A stretch of DNA of 64,000 nucleotides. Origin: a virus. Of the stretch, positions 28,566 through 38,795 are shown one piece after another. Within the stretch, counting starts at the first letter, position 1. Each line of letters opens with the position of its first letter. The translations under genes and the position numbers were made by a program. Location of the stretch: IMG/VR virus record IMGVR_UViG_3300025732_000020, positions 1 through 64,000 of that record; one strand, given 5' to 3'. Below the pieces are notes generated by a model. The model was given only the letters and a program-made list of their open reading frames with translations. It was not told the DNA's origin and did no database searches.

Positions 28566-28944
28566 TTATTTCATGGCAGAGTATGGTTTCGCTCTGTATC
28601 TCATTGAAGAACCCTATCTCATGATGAGAAAGAAAAAAGTTGCAAGGTGGGTGGGCTCACAAGATCCTAATATTACGCTTTTAAAACGAAATGGTAAACC
28701 AACCACTCGTTATCCCCGCTCTCATGGTAGAGTAGAGAACGGGGGACATAGACCTATTTCCCTCGGGACACTGATTTCAAACCTTAAGGACAATCGTCCG
28801 CTTTACTCAAGGATCTGACAATCAGTTTAAAGTTAAATTCAACTATTTGTTAAGAATTTATTAAATTGCTTAACGGGTGGTTGTCATAGTATCTCTAACT
28901 CATCTATAAACAATTGCAGATTGCAAAGATGACCCTGGAATATT

Positions 28945-29319
28945 ATGTCCTTTACATCGGAGCTCATGAAAAAAACACTAGTTACCCTAGCCATTGCTAG
29001 TCTCTCTTTCCTTCCTTTTTCTGCAAAAGCCGGACAACAATGTGGAGGGGCAAGTTATTACGGATTAGGGGACGGATATCAAGGTGAAATTACTGCATCT
29101 GGTCGTAGGTTTGATACATGGTCAAACCAGGCAGCTCATCAATGGCTACCTTTTGGTACAGTTGTTACGGTAAGGGCGAATGGCCGTAGCACGAGAGCAG
29201 TGATCACCGACCGTGGACCTTATGCCCATGGTAGGATCATCGACTTATCGGCAAAGTCATTTGGCGATCTAGGTCCGCTTTCAAGAGGAGTACATGATGT
29301 ATGTATCTCTTGGAACTAA
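28945..29319 (+). CDS. RlpA-like (double-psi beta-barrel) lytic transglycosylase
   Basis: ASYYG...TASG..FD...AAH..LPFGT...ITDRGPY..GRIIDLS; signal peptide from MKK. Confidence 0.9.
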   Translation: MSFTSELMKKTLVTLAIASLSFLPFSAKAGQQCGGASYYGLGDGYQGEITASGRRFDTWSNQAAHQWLPFGTVVTVRANGRSTRAVITDRGPYAHGRIIDLSAKSFGDLGPLSRGVHDVCISWN

Positions 29320-29346
29320 GACCAAATAATAACTGAATAAAAAGAT

Positions 29347-29370
29347 GGCCCCGAGCAAATGCCTGGGGCT
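29347..29370. terminator. Probable bidirectional terminator between convergent genes
   Basis: GCCCCGAGC/GCCTGGGGC hairpin with A/T runs on both sides. Confidence 0.7.
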
Positions 29371-29378
29371 TTAAAGTA

Positions 29379-29798
29379 TCAAATATCGTTAATCACTGAG
29401 GTAAGAAGATAAGAAATAATATTACAGTCAGATAAAATATCTTCTATTACATTAATTAGGCCATATAATTTGGATTCTTCAGCCTCCTCATGAAGTCTTT
29501 CCAAGCTTTCTTTAAATGAGGTATTTAAATCTAAGAGGCTTTCACATAAGTCTTTGGAAGTAGACCAATCAATTTCCGGCACGGAGTTAAAAATCTTTGC
29601 TTTAATCTCGATTCCGAGTCCTCTTCCTTGCTCTGCTAGACCATCTACTTTTTCTTCCACCATTCCGTAGACCCTCTCAAAGAGGAGGTGATATTGATAG
29701 AAATCACTGCCCTCTATATTCCAATGAGCAAGTCGAGAGGCACCTAGAAGATTGTTTTGAAGTTCTAGAGATTGTAGAAAAAGTTCTTCCATTGACAT
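29379..29798 (-). CDS. Dps/ferritin-like protein
   Basis: AHWNIEGSDFYQYHLLFERVY...DGLAE ferroxidase-type motif. Confidence 0.8.
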   Translation of the reverse strand: MSMEELFLQSLELQNNLLGASRLAHWNIEGSDFYQYHLLFERVYGMVEEKVDGLAEQGRGLGIEIKAKIFNSVPEIDWSTSKDLCESLLDLNTSFKESLERLHEEAEESKLYGLINVIEDILSDCNIISYLLTSVINDI

Positions 29799-30724
29799 TA
29801 AGTATAATTTTTATTTAAGTGTACAGGGATTTCTTGTAATGCTGACGTGTATGGGTCTGAATTTGGAACTGTTCCAATCTCATTTCTCCATAATCCCGAG
29901 TCTATTCTTAACTTAAACCAATCTGGGTAAGAATCAGTATTATTTTTATAACATTTCCATACCTTTTGCAAAACTCCAGAAGTAACTTTAGAATTATCTA
30001 TTACCCTCTCACCATTACTATTAACCGAATAAGCATATCTTGGAATGAATCTGTAAGTTGCTGAGCCATTAAGTTCTTCACCACATGTCAGTTCTAGGAC
30101 ATCAGATATTTCTCTGGGACACCTTGGATCTTCTACTATGTACTCTTCAGTCTGCTCGGAGGTAATTATTCTTCTCCAAACAGCTAATCCAGTTGATCTT
30201 TGCTCTGGGGTTAAAAGACACTTTCTCTTGGGTAAAAAGTCTTCGACTGAGATCGGGTCAAATGCAGCACAAGGCTGAGAGTAAAATCTTCCATCTGCAA
30301 TTAATACCTCTACAGAGTACGTCTGCTCATAAATGAACTGAGATGCCTCCGTTACTTGGACGAATCTTTCATTCTCAAGTTCAAATCCTGTCTGAAACTC
30401 AAGACCTGGGACCTCAGGCACCCATCCTGTAACTGCATCAGCAATAAGGTCTAGGATGGGTAATGAGAAGCTATGTCCTTCCCGTTGTGTCTGCTTCTGG
30501 ATCAGAGTGACGGTATAGTTGAGTTTTCTGGCCCTAACAGTAGGAATATATGCGCCTTTGTGTGGGTTACTCGTATTCCCTGACGCAAAACTGACGATAA
30601 TCATCGCCTGTTCGGCAACTCTCCCAGAATCATCGATTTCCTCCGCAAGACGGATGACCACAGCACTCTGCCCTAGAGTGCCATGGACACGCCTATGGAG
30701 TTGGTTTTCAATCTCCAAAAGCAT
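29798..30724 (-). CDS. Mu gp37-like tail completion protein with C-terminal extension
   Basis: N-terminal ~140 aa pattern (LDLIADAVTGWVP...YEQTYSV) and operon position. Confidence 0.55.
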   Translation of the reverse strand: MLLEIENQLHRRVHGTLGQSAVVIRLAEEIDDSGRVAEQAMIIVSFASGNTSNPHKGAYIPTVRARKLNYTVTLIQKQTQREGHSFSLPILDLIADAVTGWVPEVPGLEFQTGFELENERFVQVTEASQFIYEQTYSVEVLIADGRFYSQPCAAFDPISVEDFLPKRKCLLTPEQRSTGLAVWRRIITSEQTEEYIVEDPRCPREISDVLELTCGEELNGSATYRFIPRYAYSVNSNGERVIDNSKVTSGVLQKVWKCYKNNTDSYPDWFKLRIDSGLWRNEIGTVPNSDPYTSALQEIPVHLNKNYT

Positions 30725-30727
30725 GGG

Positions 30728-31066
30728 TCAAAACTCCCCGCCACTAATAAAATCTTGAAGTTCCCAGAAGCCAGTAGTATAGTTATAGAGCAAGGCATCT
30801 CCTGGTTTTACATTACGAGTAAAACGAACATTGGATAGATCTTGGATTTTACGGTTGGCTTCTAACTCGATAACGTATTGTCTTAGAGAAGCGGCGTCTT
30901 GTTTATACTCAGAACCATCTGGAAAGACTCCAATCTTTCCACTTATTACTCCGTATCCGGCTCCGTAATAGCATCCTCCACTAGACCCATCTGCAACCAA
31001 GTAAAACCCAGCTCCATCTGTAGCAGCAGGGTTGAAGGGGTCATAGCCATAAGTTTGATTTGACAT
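30728..31066 (-). CDS. Hypothetical virion protein
   Basis: VKPGDALLYNYTTGFWE; head operon position. Confidence 0.6.
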   Translation of the reverse strand: MSNQTYGYDPFNPAATDGAGFYLVADGSSGGCYYGAGYGVISGKIGVFPDGSEYKQDAASLRQYVIELEANRKIQDLSNVRFTRNVKPGDALLYNYTTGFWELQDFISGGEF

Positions 31067-31860
31067 TAGAATGTATCTCCTACTTGTAATCCGTCGTAGT
31101 TATCAAAGTTACCATCGGTAGATTCCGTGGTATTAGTAGCATTAATGGTATCGCCATCTTGTGGATCTACAGCATCGGAGGTGTTTGTAAATGCAGATAG
31201 ATCTCTTGTAGATTCAAGGGCAGAAACTAATTGGTTAATCTCAAGTGTCGACTCAGACATAGTAGACTCGATACCAAGTGTACTTCCATCCAACGCAGTT
31301 GAGTGGACTCTTGGGGAAGACATCGCCTCTTTACGTGGGAACTGGAAGAAACGATCATTCCCACCTTCATTTTGTACCCAGCGGTTAGTGGAGTTTTCTG
31401 TAAAACTTCTGCCTCTGCGGTAGGAACTTTTTGTCATCGAGCAAGCACTTCCCCAATAACGATATGCCTCTTGCCACTTAAGGCCTGTGGATGGAGATGC
31501 TTTAGCAGCCCATAACTCAAGTTGCTGAAGAGCCTTCTCAGCGGCATCAATGACTTGTTGACGTGGGCGGAGAGTATCGAGGTACCAACGTGCCAAGATG
31601 GCTTGGGTACGACGATATGACCCGGCAATAAGAATCTTGCCTTGAGGCGGAGCAGTGAGTATGTAATTATTTATCAGAGTTGCAGCATCGTTGAGTGCTA
31701 TCTGAATCTTATCGTAGTTTATATCATTGCCTGTAGGATTATCAATATTTGACAATTCTACGGCTTCTTGATATCCAAAGACTTCAATAAAGTAATCAAC
31801 AGTTGCCGGATTGCAGTTATCCGCTACTCCAAATTTATCTGGGTACGGAGAATTTGGCAT
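31066..31860 (-). CDS. Mu gp36-like (DUF1320) head-tail adaptor
   Basis: IQIALNDAATLINNY...LARWYL...AEKALQQL. Confidence 0.7.
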   Translation of the reverse strand: MPNSPYPDKFGVADNCNPATVDYFIEVFGYQEAVELSNIDNPTGNDINYDKIQIALNDAATLINNYILTAPPQGKILIAGSYRRTQAILARWYLDTLRPRQQVIDAAEKALQQLELWAAKASPSTGLKWQEAYRYWGSACSMTKSSYRRGRSFTENSTNRWVQNEGGNDRFFQFPRKEAMSSPRVHSTALDGSTLGIESTMSESTLEINQLVSALESTRDLSAFTNTSDAVDPQDGDTINATNTTESTDGNFDNYDGLQVGDTF

Positions 31861-31910
31861 AGTATTGGTCTATTCTATATATAGCTTTAAACTTGGGGGG
31901 ATAAACACAT

Positions 31911-31938
31911 AAAAAAAAAGAGGCCCGGTTGGGGCCTC
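31911..31938 (-). terminator. Terminator after the major capsid gene
   Basis: GAGGCCC/GGGCCTC hairpin plus T9 on the minus strand. Confidence 0.85.
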
Positions 31939-31960
31939 AGAAGAAATAAGTGAGTTAGGC

Positions 31961-32944
31961 TCAGGCAACGGGGTTGTTGAAGATGAAGCCAGAACCGCAC
32001 TTGCCGTTTTCGCCCATGCCGACGAGCTCGAAGCTACGCTCAACAAGGATGTCACCGGTGAATACTCTACGCTCAATATTGAAACGCTCAGGAGTGGCGA
32101 TAGGATAGCCACTGAGAGTATAGGTGTAGGCGAAAGCAGGGTTGCCATAGTTGGCATCAAGAGCAGGCATGAAGCCATCGGTAGCTCCTGAAGGATGGTA
32201 GAAGAGAACAGCAACGTTGTTGTAGATGTTCTCAAGATTTCCTGTGGCAGGATCAAGCTTGAGTCTACGGGCAACGCGGATCTCATCAAGACCAAAGATC
32301 TGAGCCAGGGTCTTCTCATCCACGAGTACGCCACGCTGCATGAAGTCACGGATACGCTTGTTACGCTTAAGGGCATTAAAGGCGTCAGGTGAGATCACCA
32401 TCTTGTTAGGATAGATACCGATCTGTGAGCGAACTTGCTCCTTGGCATTATCCATGAGGACCTCAACGTCAGCAGTTGGGCTGTTGAACCGGTCAGCACC
32501 ACCGTTGTAGGTGGAGAGATCGAGAACGTTATCATTCTCATACTGGGCAGAATCGGTTACGATGTCAGCAACCTGAACTTCCCATGACTGCATGAGGCGG
32601 TTAGCAGCGTCTTTAGCAGCAAACTGACGAAGGTCAATTTGAGCAGCGCCGTTCTTGGCTTCAGCAGCGACTTCCTCGGCGATTTCCCAGCTGATCGCTT
32701 CCTGACGGAGAGCGAACGAACGGGTTCCGAACTCGTTCTGGATCTTCTGGATGTTAGTTCCAGGAGCGCGAAGGAACGACTGAGCCGCAAAAGCCTCCTT
32801 ACCAAAAACGAGTGTACGTCCGGCTCTGGTATTCATAGATACCGAAGGAGCGAAGAATGTAGCCACACCTTCGGCATTCTTATAGCCTTGGGCGAGTTGC
32901 GTAAGAATAGGGTCAATTACGCGTACCTGATCAAGATTCATCAT
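31961..32944 (-). CDS. Major capsid protein
   Basis: IDPILTQLAQGY..., 327 aa, AGGAG RBS, highly biased codons, strong terminator. Confidence 0.85.
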   Translation of the reverse strand: MMNLDQVRVIDPILTQLAQGYKNAEGVATFFAPSVSMNTRAGRTLVFGKEAFAAQSFLRAPGTNIQKIQNEFGTRSFALRQEAISWEIAEEVAAEAKNGAAQIDLRQFAAKDAANRLMQSWEVQVADIVTDSAQYENDNVLDLSTYNGGADRFNSPTADVEVLMDNAKEQVRSQIGIYPNKMVISPDAFNALKRNKRIRDFMQRGVLVDEKTLAQIFGLDEIRVARRLKLDPATGNLENIYNNVAVLFYHPSGATDGFMPALDANYGNPAFAYTYTLSGYPIATPERFNIERRVFTGDILVERSFELVGMGENGKCGSGFIFNNPVA

Positions 32945-32969
32945 AGTTAATTACTCTCCTTTATATCTA

Positions 32970-33461
32970 TCAAGCACCAGCTTCGTTACCGAGCTTAACA
33001 CGGATATACTGACCAGCGGTAGTGGCAGCAGAGGTGTCAAGAGCACGACCAAGAACAACACCAGCACCGGCAGCCTTAGTGGCGGTTCCAGTTGTTGTGG
33101 CATATACAGCGTCGTCTACACTGAAGGCAGCGGCAGCTGCATCAACTTCAACGATAGCAATACCGGAGGTAACAATCGAAAGAAGACCTTGGTATGGGAA
33201 TACGCTGGTCTTGAAGGGGGTTGTGGAAGGATTGAGTTGACCTTCGTAAACGAGAGTCGAACCATCATCAACCTGATAGCCCTTAGCGGTGAGTTCACCT
33301 TGGCCAGGGGCAGCATAAACGCTAACGCCAGCGGCATAAGCACCGGCAGCGGGATAAGCACCATTACGCTTTACAAATCTGTGGGCCTCAACAGCGTTGG
33401 TTGACTGCACAGTTTCAACGTACTGGTGGTCAAAAGACATATAACGTGGGTCAGTTGCCAT
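32970..33461 (-). CDS. Capsid decoration/cement protein
   Basis: Ala/Gly-rich, VLGRALD...GQYIRVKL; lies between scaffold and MCP. Confidence 0.7.
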   Translation of the reverse strand: MATDPRYMSFDHQYVETVQSTNAVEAHRFVKRNGAYPAAGAYAAGVSVYAAPGQGELTAKGYQVDDGSTLVYEGQLNPSTTPFKTSVFPYQGLLSIVTSGIAIVEVDAAAAAFSVDDAVYATTTGTATKAAGAGVVLGRALDTSAATTAGQYIRVKLGNEAGA

Positions 33462-33475
33462 TTTTAGTTTACTCC

Positions 33476-35410
33476 TTATGAGTTATTTGAGATAATTGCC
33501 TTCAGAGCGATGGTATATTCAACTCCTTTACTTTCAGCATACTCCAACGCCTGAACGTGGAGGTCTGCTGTAGAGGGGTCGTAGATATACCCATCGGCTG
33601 ATGGCGAGATTGACTTCTTAGCTGCTGGAGCCGAAGCCTGGGTTGCAAATTCTTCAAAACTGACCATTGAGGGTAGGTTCTCAAGGACATTCTTAAAGAA
33701 GTCAAATTGGGAAGTCTTACCTGACTCGGAGAAGTTCACGGAGTTCTTATTATTAAGGGTTTCCATGAAACGAACGAGGTCAGTCTTAGGAACGATTTGC
33801 TGAGTTAGCTTACCGCCCTCATAGAGAGTTTCACAGAAATCAGAGATCTCCTTCTCTCTCATCAACTTCTTCTGTCTGGAGAGTTCTTCCTCCAATTCGG
33901 CTACCCGAGCTTGTAAATCGCTCTGAACTCCCATAGCACGCTCGCTATGATCCAGAGTTCCTGTAGCCTCTTCAGTGGTGGTCTCTTCTGCCATATCGCT
34001 CTTTTCTTTCTCTTCTTCGTCCTCTTCGTTATCTTCGCATCCTTCAGCGTTATCAGAAACCTCAGTTTCCTCTTCACCATAAGCCTGCTCTCCCTTGGGT
34101 TCTTCAGCTCCCTTTACTTCCTCGGAAGTGGGATGTTCAGCTTCCGAAGGCTTTTCACCTTCTTTCACTGCTTCGCCCATGTCTTCAGTCTTCTCTTCTT
34201 CGTCCTCTTCTCCCTCTTCTTCACCCTTCTTAGCTTCGATCGCTTTCTTAAGTCCTTCGGGCATTTCGCCATAGGACATTCCATTCTCACCTTCCATCAT
34301 GGAAGCCGCATCGGTTTTTAGAGCTAGAGCCTTGATTAACTCATCAATTTCGTATTCTGAGGCGAGTTGAGCAATCTTTTGATCGTCGTCCTGCATGTCT
34401 CCAGACACATCGTCTGTTTCCATATCAGAACCATCATCTCCACCTTCTGAAGAAGGCCCAGCAGGAGGCATATCGTTGCCATCACCGCCATCTGTGTCTG
34501 GGGCACCGTCGGTACTATCAGCGCCATCTGCGTCTGCAGTAGGATCAGCATCGGCATCGATGTTATCACTACCATCACCACCGTCATCTGTTGGCATGTC
34601 AGAATCACTATCCATGTCAGAAGGCATATCGCCATCTTCAGGGGCATCATCTGCCATTTCCATCATCGGATCAGCAGGAGGCATTTCTGCATCCATGCCA
34701 TATTCCATTTCATAATCGGCTGGAGCGCCAGTTTCTGAAACTTTATTTCCGCTATCGTCATATACATTGGCGCCGGATTTACCACCACCGCCAATATTGA
34801 TATTAACAGTCATTCCCCCTTCGGAGTGTTCGATCACCGAAGCAGGAGTTTCTGTTTTGGTTTTTTTCCTAGCCATAGTTTGATTTTTTCCTAAGTGTTC
34901 TTTAAACGAAATAGAAGACTCCCCTTCGGAGGGGGTAAAAGTGATAGTCTCTGACTCAGAGATTTCAGAAAAAGCGGTTAGCCCTTTAACCGCTGGGATT
35001 GATACCAATCCAAGATGACGAAGGGCTAAATTTCCTGGTGTTGGATTCGTTTCCGCCTCTGGTAAGTAAAAGGAACTACTTACTTTCTTAAAAACTCCAT
35101 CTCGTATTAACTGTTCGGCCTTAGGGGTAAGTTCAACCTTACCCCAAAGTTCTTTGCCTTTTCTCCAGACTTTACGTACCCACCCAAGAGCTGGGGTTCC
35201 GTCGTCTTGGTCATGGCCAATAATTAACGGAGCCTCATGAGTATTTGGATTGTAGGTTTTAACGACCTGCTCCAGATCATTCTCAGTAAAGACCATTTTT
35301 TGGCCAGTAGAGGAAATCTGAGGACCCGCTCTGAACATCTCAATAAAAACAACCTTTTTAGGCTGTTGAGATGAAAGAGGCTCTTTAGTATTGAGTACGT
35401 GTTCTTTCAT
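33476..35410 (-). CDS. Mu-like prohead protease fused to an acidic scaffold domain
   Basis: APLIIGH...PALGWV, FKKVSSSFY, LRHLG.VSIPAVKGL; long D/E-rich linker; coiled-coil C-terminus. Confidence 0.85.
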   Translation of the reverse strand: MKEHVLNTKEPLSSQQPKKVVFIEMFRAGPQISSTGQKMVFTENDLEQVVKTYNPNTHEAPLIIGHDQDDGTPALGWVRKVWRKGKELWGKVELTPKAEQLIRDGVFKKVSSSFYLPEAETNPTPGNLALRHLGLVSIPAVKGLTAFSEISESETITFTPSEGESSISFKEHLGKNQTMARKKTKTETPASVIEHSEGGMTVNINIGGGGKSGANVYDDSGNKVSETGAPADYEMEYGMDAEMPPADPMMEMADDAPEDGDMPSDMDSDSDMPTDDGGDGSDNIDADADPTADADGADSTDGAPDTDGGDGNDMPPAGPSSEGGDDGSDMETDDVSGDMQDDDQKIAQLASEYEIDELIKALALKTDAASMMEGENGMSYGEMPEGLKKAIEAKKGEEEGEEDEEEKTEDMGEAVKEGEKPSEAEHPTSEEVKGAEEPKGEQAYGEEETEVSDNAEGCEDNEEDEEEKEKSDMAEETTTEEATGTLDHSERAMGVQSDLQARVAELEEELSRQKKLMREKEISDFCETLYEGGKLTQQIVPKTDLVRFMETLNNKNSVNFSESGKTSQFDFFKNVLENLPSMVSFEEFATQASAPAAKKSISPSADGYIYDPSTADLHVQALEYAESKGVEYTIALKAIISNNS

Positions 35411-35413
35411 TTA

Positions 35414-38047
35414 TCAGAATACGTTTGTAGTATTGAGAAGATTACTAAATCTCTCTTCATTTCTGGAGAACGAGTCACTCAACTGAACTACCTGTCCAGC
35501 TGGCGTTCTTACGACAGTAACAAGTAGACGCTCAAGGGTTGGACTTGTTGCCACGTAAACATCTAGTCTTACTGTTCCTTGCTCAAGGGTTAGACTGTCG
35601 TTATTAGCCGATGAACAGACTACTAAATAAGCCTGTTCTGGTCTTGCTCCAAAGAGAGCTCCTTGACGGAAGAATTGTCCACACACCTGAGAGGCAATAG
35701 ACTTAACTCTAGCGTATACTGTGCCAGCGGAATCGATTTGTTCAAACAGGATATCATCAAAACTACGGCCTAGAACATCAACTAAAACGTTGAGGATTAC
35801 GCGAGTATTGATAAACTTAAACAGAGGATTACTAGAGAGAGTTCTAGCGCCCCAAGTTACAATGCCACGATTAGGAAGTGAACGGATTGGGTTCAGACCA
35901 AGTGCATAAGTAACTTCTTGTTGTTGAGCAGAGATATCAAATCTAAGACCATTAGCACCGCGTAGTGGATAACGGGCGCCAGCTGGAGGCTGTTGGAAAC
36001 CTTCATTGATATATCTTGAGCAAGCAATACCAGCTACATATCCAGAAGGAGCAACATAACGATCGTCAAGATTCCTCACATATGGAGCGTAGTATGCGGC
36101 ATGGCCATAAGGCACTCCGACTGTACTCTTAAGAAGATCCAACTCATCTTGGACATCTCCAAGTGAAGTTTCATCAGCACCACAATCGATTAGAGCCACA
36201 TGCTGAGTAGCAGTGATTCCTTCGGTCGTTCCAATTCTGCCTTCAGCGGCACGAATTAGAGTCTGTGTAATCTTTAACCTTTCTTGACGAGCTTCGGAAG
36301 CACTTGCAAAGTCTCCTGTTCCTGCTTCATAGGTTAGTACTGAGTAAGCCTCTGGGGCAAATAGGAATCCAGGGGCGAGTGCTCCTGAACCTACTCCTTG
36401 CTCAATTGCATATACAAAGTCACTAGCTTTTGCAGTAGCGGAAACTTTATAAGAATCATAAGTAGCGTTCTGATCAGTGGAGATTAGTTTTACTACATTA
36501 GGATCAGAGATACCGGAACGATTGAGTCCTGGGTATACTGGCGAACTTACGCCGTTCTTAGAGGTAATCTTTACTCTTAGAACATAATCATGCGAGTAGA
36601 AGCCATTAGCTGTAGCTTTATCATCTTGAGTTGCTCCTTCATCCAACTCAGAAAGTTCTGGGCGGATATAAGGATTACCCACTACTGAGACTAGATCGCT
36701 GGTCGTAGATAGTCCGTTATTTGGGATATACTTGGTGGCTGAAAGTTTACCAGCATCAGAGTCAGAAACTAGAGCCTCTACTGAGTAAAAATCAATTAGA
36801 TCTTTTTCAGTAAGAATAGCTTTGATTTCAGTCTCTAGCCCAGTTGCCAATTCTTCAGGAGTTGCTCCATTGACAATAATGGCTCTGTTTTCACCAGCCA
36901 CATTGACATAGAACACCTGAACGGAATCAGGAAGATATCCTGTACGTGTAACAGGGTTTCCGCTTGGTACTACTGGATTGATTCCATCTACAACCTTCGA
37001 GAAGTTGCCAGAATTTGAGTCATACTGCCAATAAACTGCATCGGCATCAGCCCATTTATCAGTATTTGTACTAAGATCTTTTGAAATAGCTACATACTTA
37101 TTATCTGGGATATTTCCTGTTGTATAGATCTTTTGATTATTTAGGAAAGCCTTTAGGATAGCAGATTGCTCAGTTGTGATATCAGTATAAGTACTTTGTG
37201 CAGCGAAGAAAGAACTTAGTTGTGCTCCAGAGAGGTGAAGAATACCCTCTTTAGTTTCTTGATCGCGGGATACGCAGCGGAAGTTAATTTCCTTGATGGA
37301 AGTATAGAATGATACAACTCCGGGCTCTTGGAGAAGGTCGATTTTTTGAGCATATTCAGAGAGATTGAACTTATAAGCATGAAGTTCTTGAATCTCTGGG
37401 ACTCTACGAGAATCTTTTGAGAAAATTCTGAATTTGCCAGCTAATGCCTCAGTAGCACTCTGCTCGATTTTATAATAATCAGCAAACCCGTCACCATTAC
37501 CAGAAAGGAATGTGTATATATCTCTGGCGTTATCAGTTTTATCTAGTCCGGTGGTTGTGATAACTTTGATTTCAGTATTATCCGCATCATAGATGCCGAT
37601 AGGGGTACCGAAATATCTACCGTTTACTTTAATAGCAAATGCATTGTACCCAGTATCAGCAGAAGATTCACTAAGATTAACTACAGTTTCTGGGGTAGGA
37701 GTTACTCTGGTAAAGTAAAGAATACCATTTACTCCAACGTTATCAAAAAATGCTTTAATACTATCGTAACTAGCAAGAGCCCCTTTATTACCTACTGGAA
37801 TACTATTAAGTCCAATTTTATCCAGATAGTCATCTACAGATGCAATCTGAGTCGGTTTATAAGGTTCTAGATACGAGTAAGTATCAGTAGCATCTTTTCC
37901 ATAATAATCTTCAGCGGGAGTACTGCCAAAGATATACCCTACTGCGTGCGTTGCAATAGGTTGCGGAAGAGAGCCAGTTGTTGTTTGTGTAACAAAGACT
38001 CCCGGCCTATTCAATGACGCGGCATTGATTCTAATAGGATTGGCCAT
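35414..38047 (-). CDS. Contractile tail sheath protein
   Basis: RPGVFV N-terminus; AYYAPY...PSGYVAG, LNPIR...GIVTWGARTL...FINTR C-terminus. Confidence 0.93.
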   Translation of the reverse strand: MANPIRINAASLNRPGVFVTQTTTGSLPQPIATHAVGYIFGSTPAEDYYGKDATDTYSYLEPYKPTQIASVDDYLDKIGLNSIPVGNKGALASYDSIKAFFDNVGVNGILYFTRVTPTPETVVNLSESSADTGYNAFAIKVNGRYFGTPIGIYDADNTEIKVITTTGLDKTDNARDIYTFLSGNGDGFADYYKIEQSATEALAGKFRIFSKDSRRVPEIQELHAYKFNLSEYAQKIDLLQEPGVVSFYTSIKEINFRCVSRDQETKEGILHLSGAQLSSFFAAQSTYTDITTEQSAILKAFLNNQKIYTTGNIPDNKYVAISKDLSTNTDKWADADAVYWQYDSNSGNFSKVVDGINPVVPSGNPVTRTGYLPDSVQVFYVNVAGENRAIIVNGATPEELATGLETEIKAILTEKDLIDFYSVEALVSDSDAGKLSATKYIPNNGLSTTSDLVSVVGNPYIRPELSELDEGATQDDKATANGFYSHDYVLRVKITSKNGVSSPVYPGLNRSGISDPNVVKLISTDQNATYDSYKVSATAKASDFVYAIEQGVGSGALAPGFLFAPEAYSVLTYEAGTGDFASASEARQERLKITQTLIRAAEGRIGTTEGITATQHVALIDCGADETSLGDVQDELDLLKSTVGVPYGHAAYYAPYVRNLDDRYVAPSGYVAGIACSRYINEGFQQPPAGARYPLRGANGLRFDISAQQQEVTYALGLNPIRSLPNRGIVTWGARTLSSNPLFKFINTRVILNVLVDVLGRSFDDILFEQIDSAGTVYARVKSIASQVCGQFFRQGALFGARPEQAYLVVCSSANNDSLTLEQGTVRLDVYVATSPTLERLLVTVVRTPAGQVVQLSDSFSRNEERFSNLLNTTNVF

Positions 38048-38110
38048 AAGGAAATGAAGACACTATATCTTTCACTATTATCCTTAAACAAATAAGGTAT
38101 TTTGACTTGT

Positions 38111-38353
38111 TTATATAATTACGTCTTTTTTATAAAGAAGAAATAACTCGTTCATGAGCCAATCTGGACAGGAACTAACACCACATCTCTTAAACTCAAG
38201 GAGTTTCATTGATTTTCTTAAAATCTTATTAAAATCATTTGTATCTACGTATCTTGCACAAACTTTCACAAAAGACTTTAACTCTATTTGATCTTGTTCT
38301 ATACAAATAGAACATAAGATAAGGATAAGTTTTAATTTATCTGAGTCAGTCAT
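38111..38353 (-). CDS. Hypothetical protein
   Basis: 80 aa, overlaps the upstream gene. Confidence 0.55.
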   Translation of the reverse strand: MTDSDKLKLILILCSICIEQDQIELKSFVKVCARYVDTNDFNKILRKSMKLLEFKRCGVSSCPDWLMNELFLLYKKDVII

Positions 38354-38795
38354 TAGGTTTCATTGAGTCTATTGCTTCTTTGTGGATTTGAGTCATAGCA
38401 ATAAATTTCGTCATAGGAACTTTTTCCATTTCTAGCACATTCGCAAATGACCCATTCTGTATTCCATAACAGGCTTTTAACCAGGAATATTTAGATATAT
38501 AGTTGCATAGGATATTATCCCTAATGCAGTTAAAAACCTTGATTATAGTTTTTTGAGTAAAAGACCCAGAACTTATCCCATCTAGATTTAAATAATCTAT
38601 GATGTTCTGAATATTTTCAAATGAAACTCTTTTTTGTCCTTCTTTTAAATTCTCATCTTTATCGCCTAAAATAACATCAAGATATTCTAAATCTTCTCCT
38701 GTTATATCTCTGAATTTGATCTCTCTTCCCTTTCTGTCTTTTATTGTTATTGTATAGTTATGATTACGAATTACTTCGAACTCATCATTCTCCAT
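38346..38795 (-). CDS. Putative tail assembly chaperone-associated protein
   Basis: Position next to the chaperone-like ORF and sheath. Confidence 0.4.
   Translation of the reverse strand: MENDEFEVIRNHNYTITIKDRKGREIKFRDITGEDLEYLDVILGDKDENLKEGQKRVSFENIQNIIDYLNLDGISSGSFTQKTIIKVFNCIRDNILCNYISKYSWLKACYGIQNGSFANVLEMEKVPMTKFIAMTQIHKEAIDSMKPND

Larger units (their letters stand above)
14261..28818 (+). other. Array of about 60 small, co-directional, mostly overlapping hypothetical ORFs (accessory/early region)
   Basis: Continuous ATGA / TGA-N-ATG coupling, intra-array paralogues, almost no recognisable enzymes. Confidence 0.9.

Noticed and set aside
14261-28818. CRISPR array or integron attC-type repeats in the ORF array
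   Set aside because: No regularly spaced 25-45-bp repeats or long palindromic attC sites; only the short junction motif and two promoter cassettes are present
31870-34800. Long alternative-frame and antisense ORFs over the capsid and scaffold genes (also 5921..6409, 40638..41000, 59330..61000, 63624..63959)
   Set aside because: Shadows of strongly biased GCT/ACT/GGT codon usage in the real genes; no motifs or start signals
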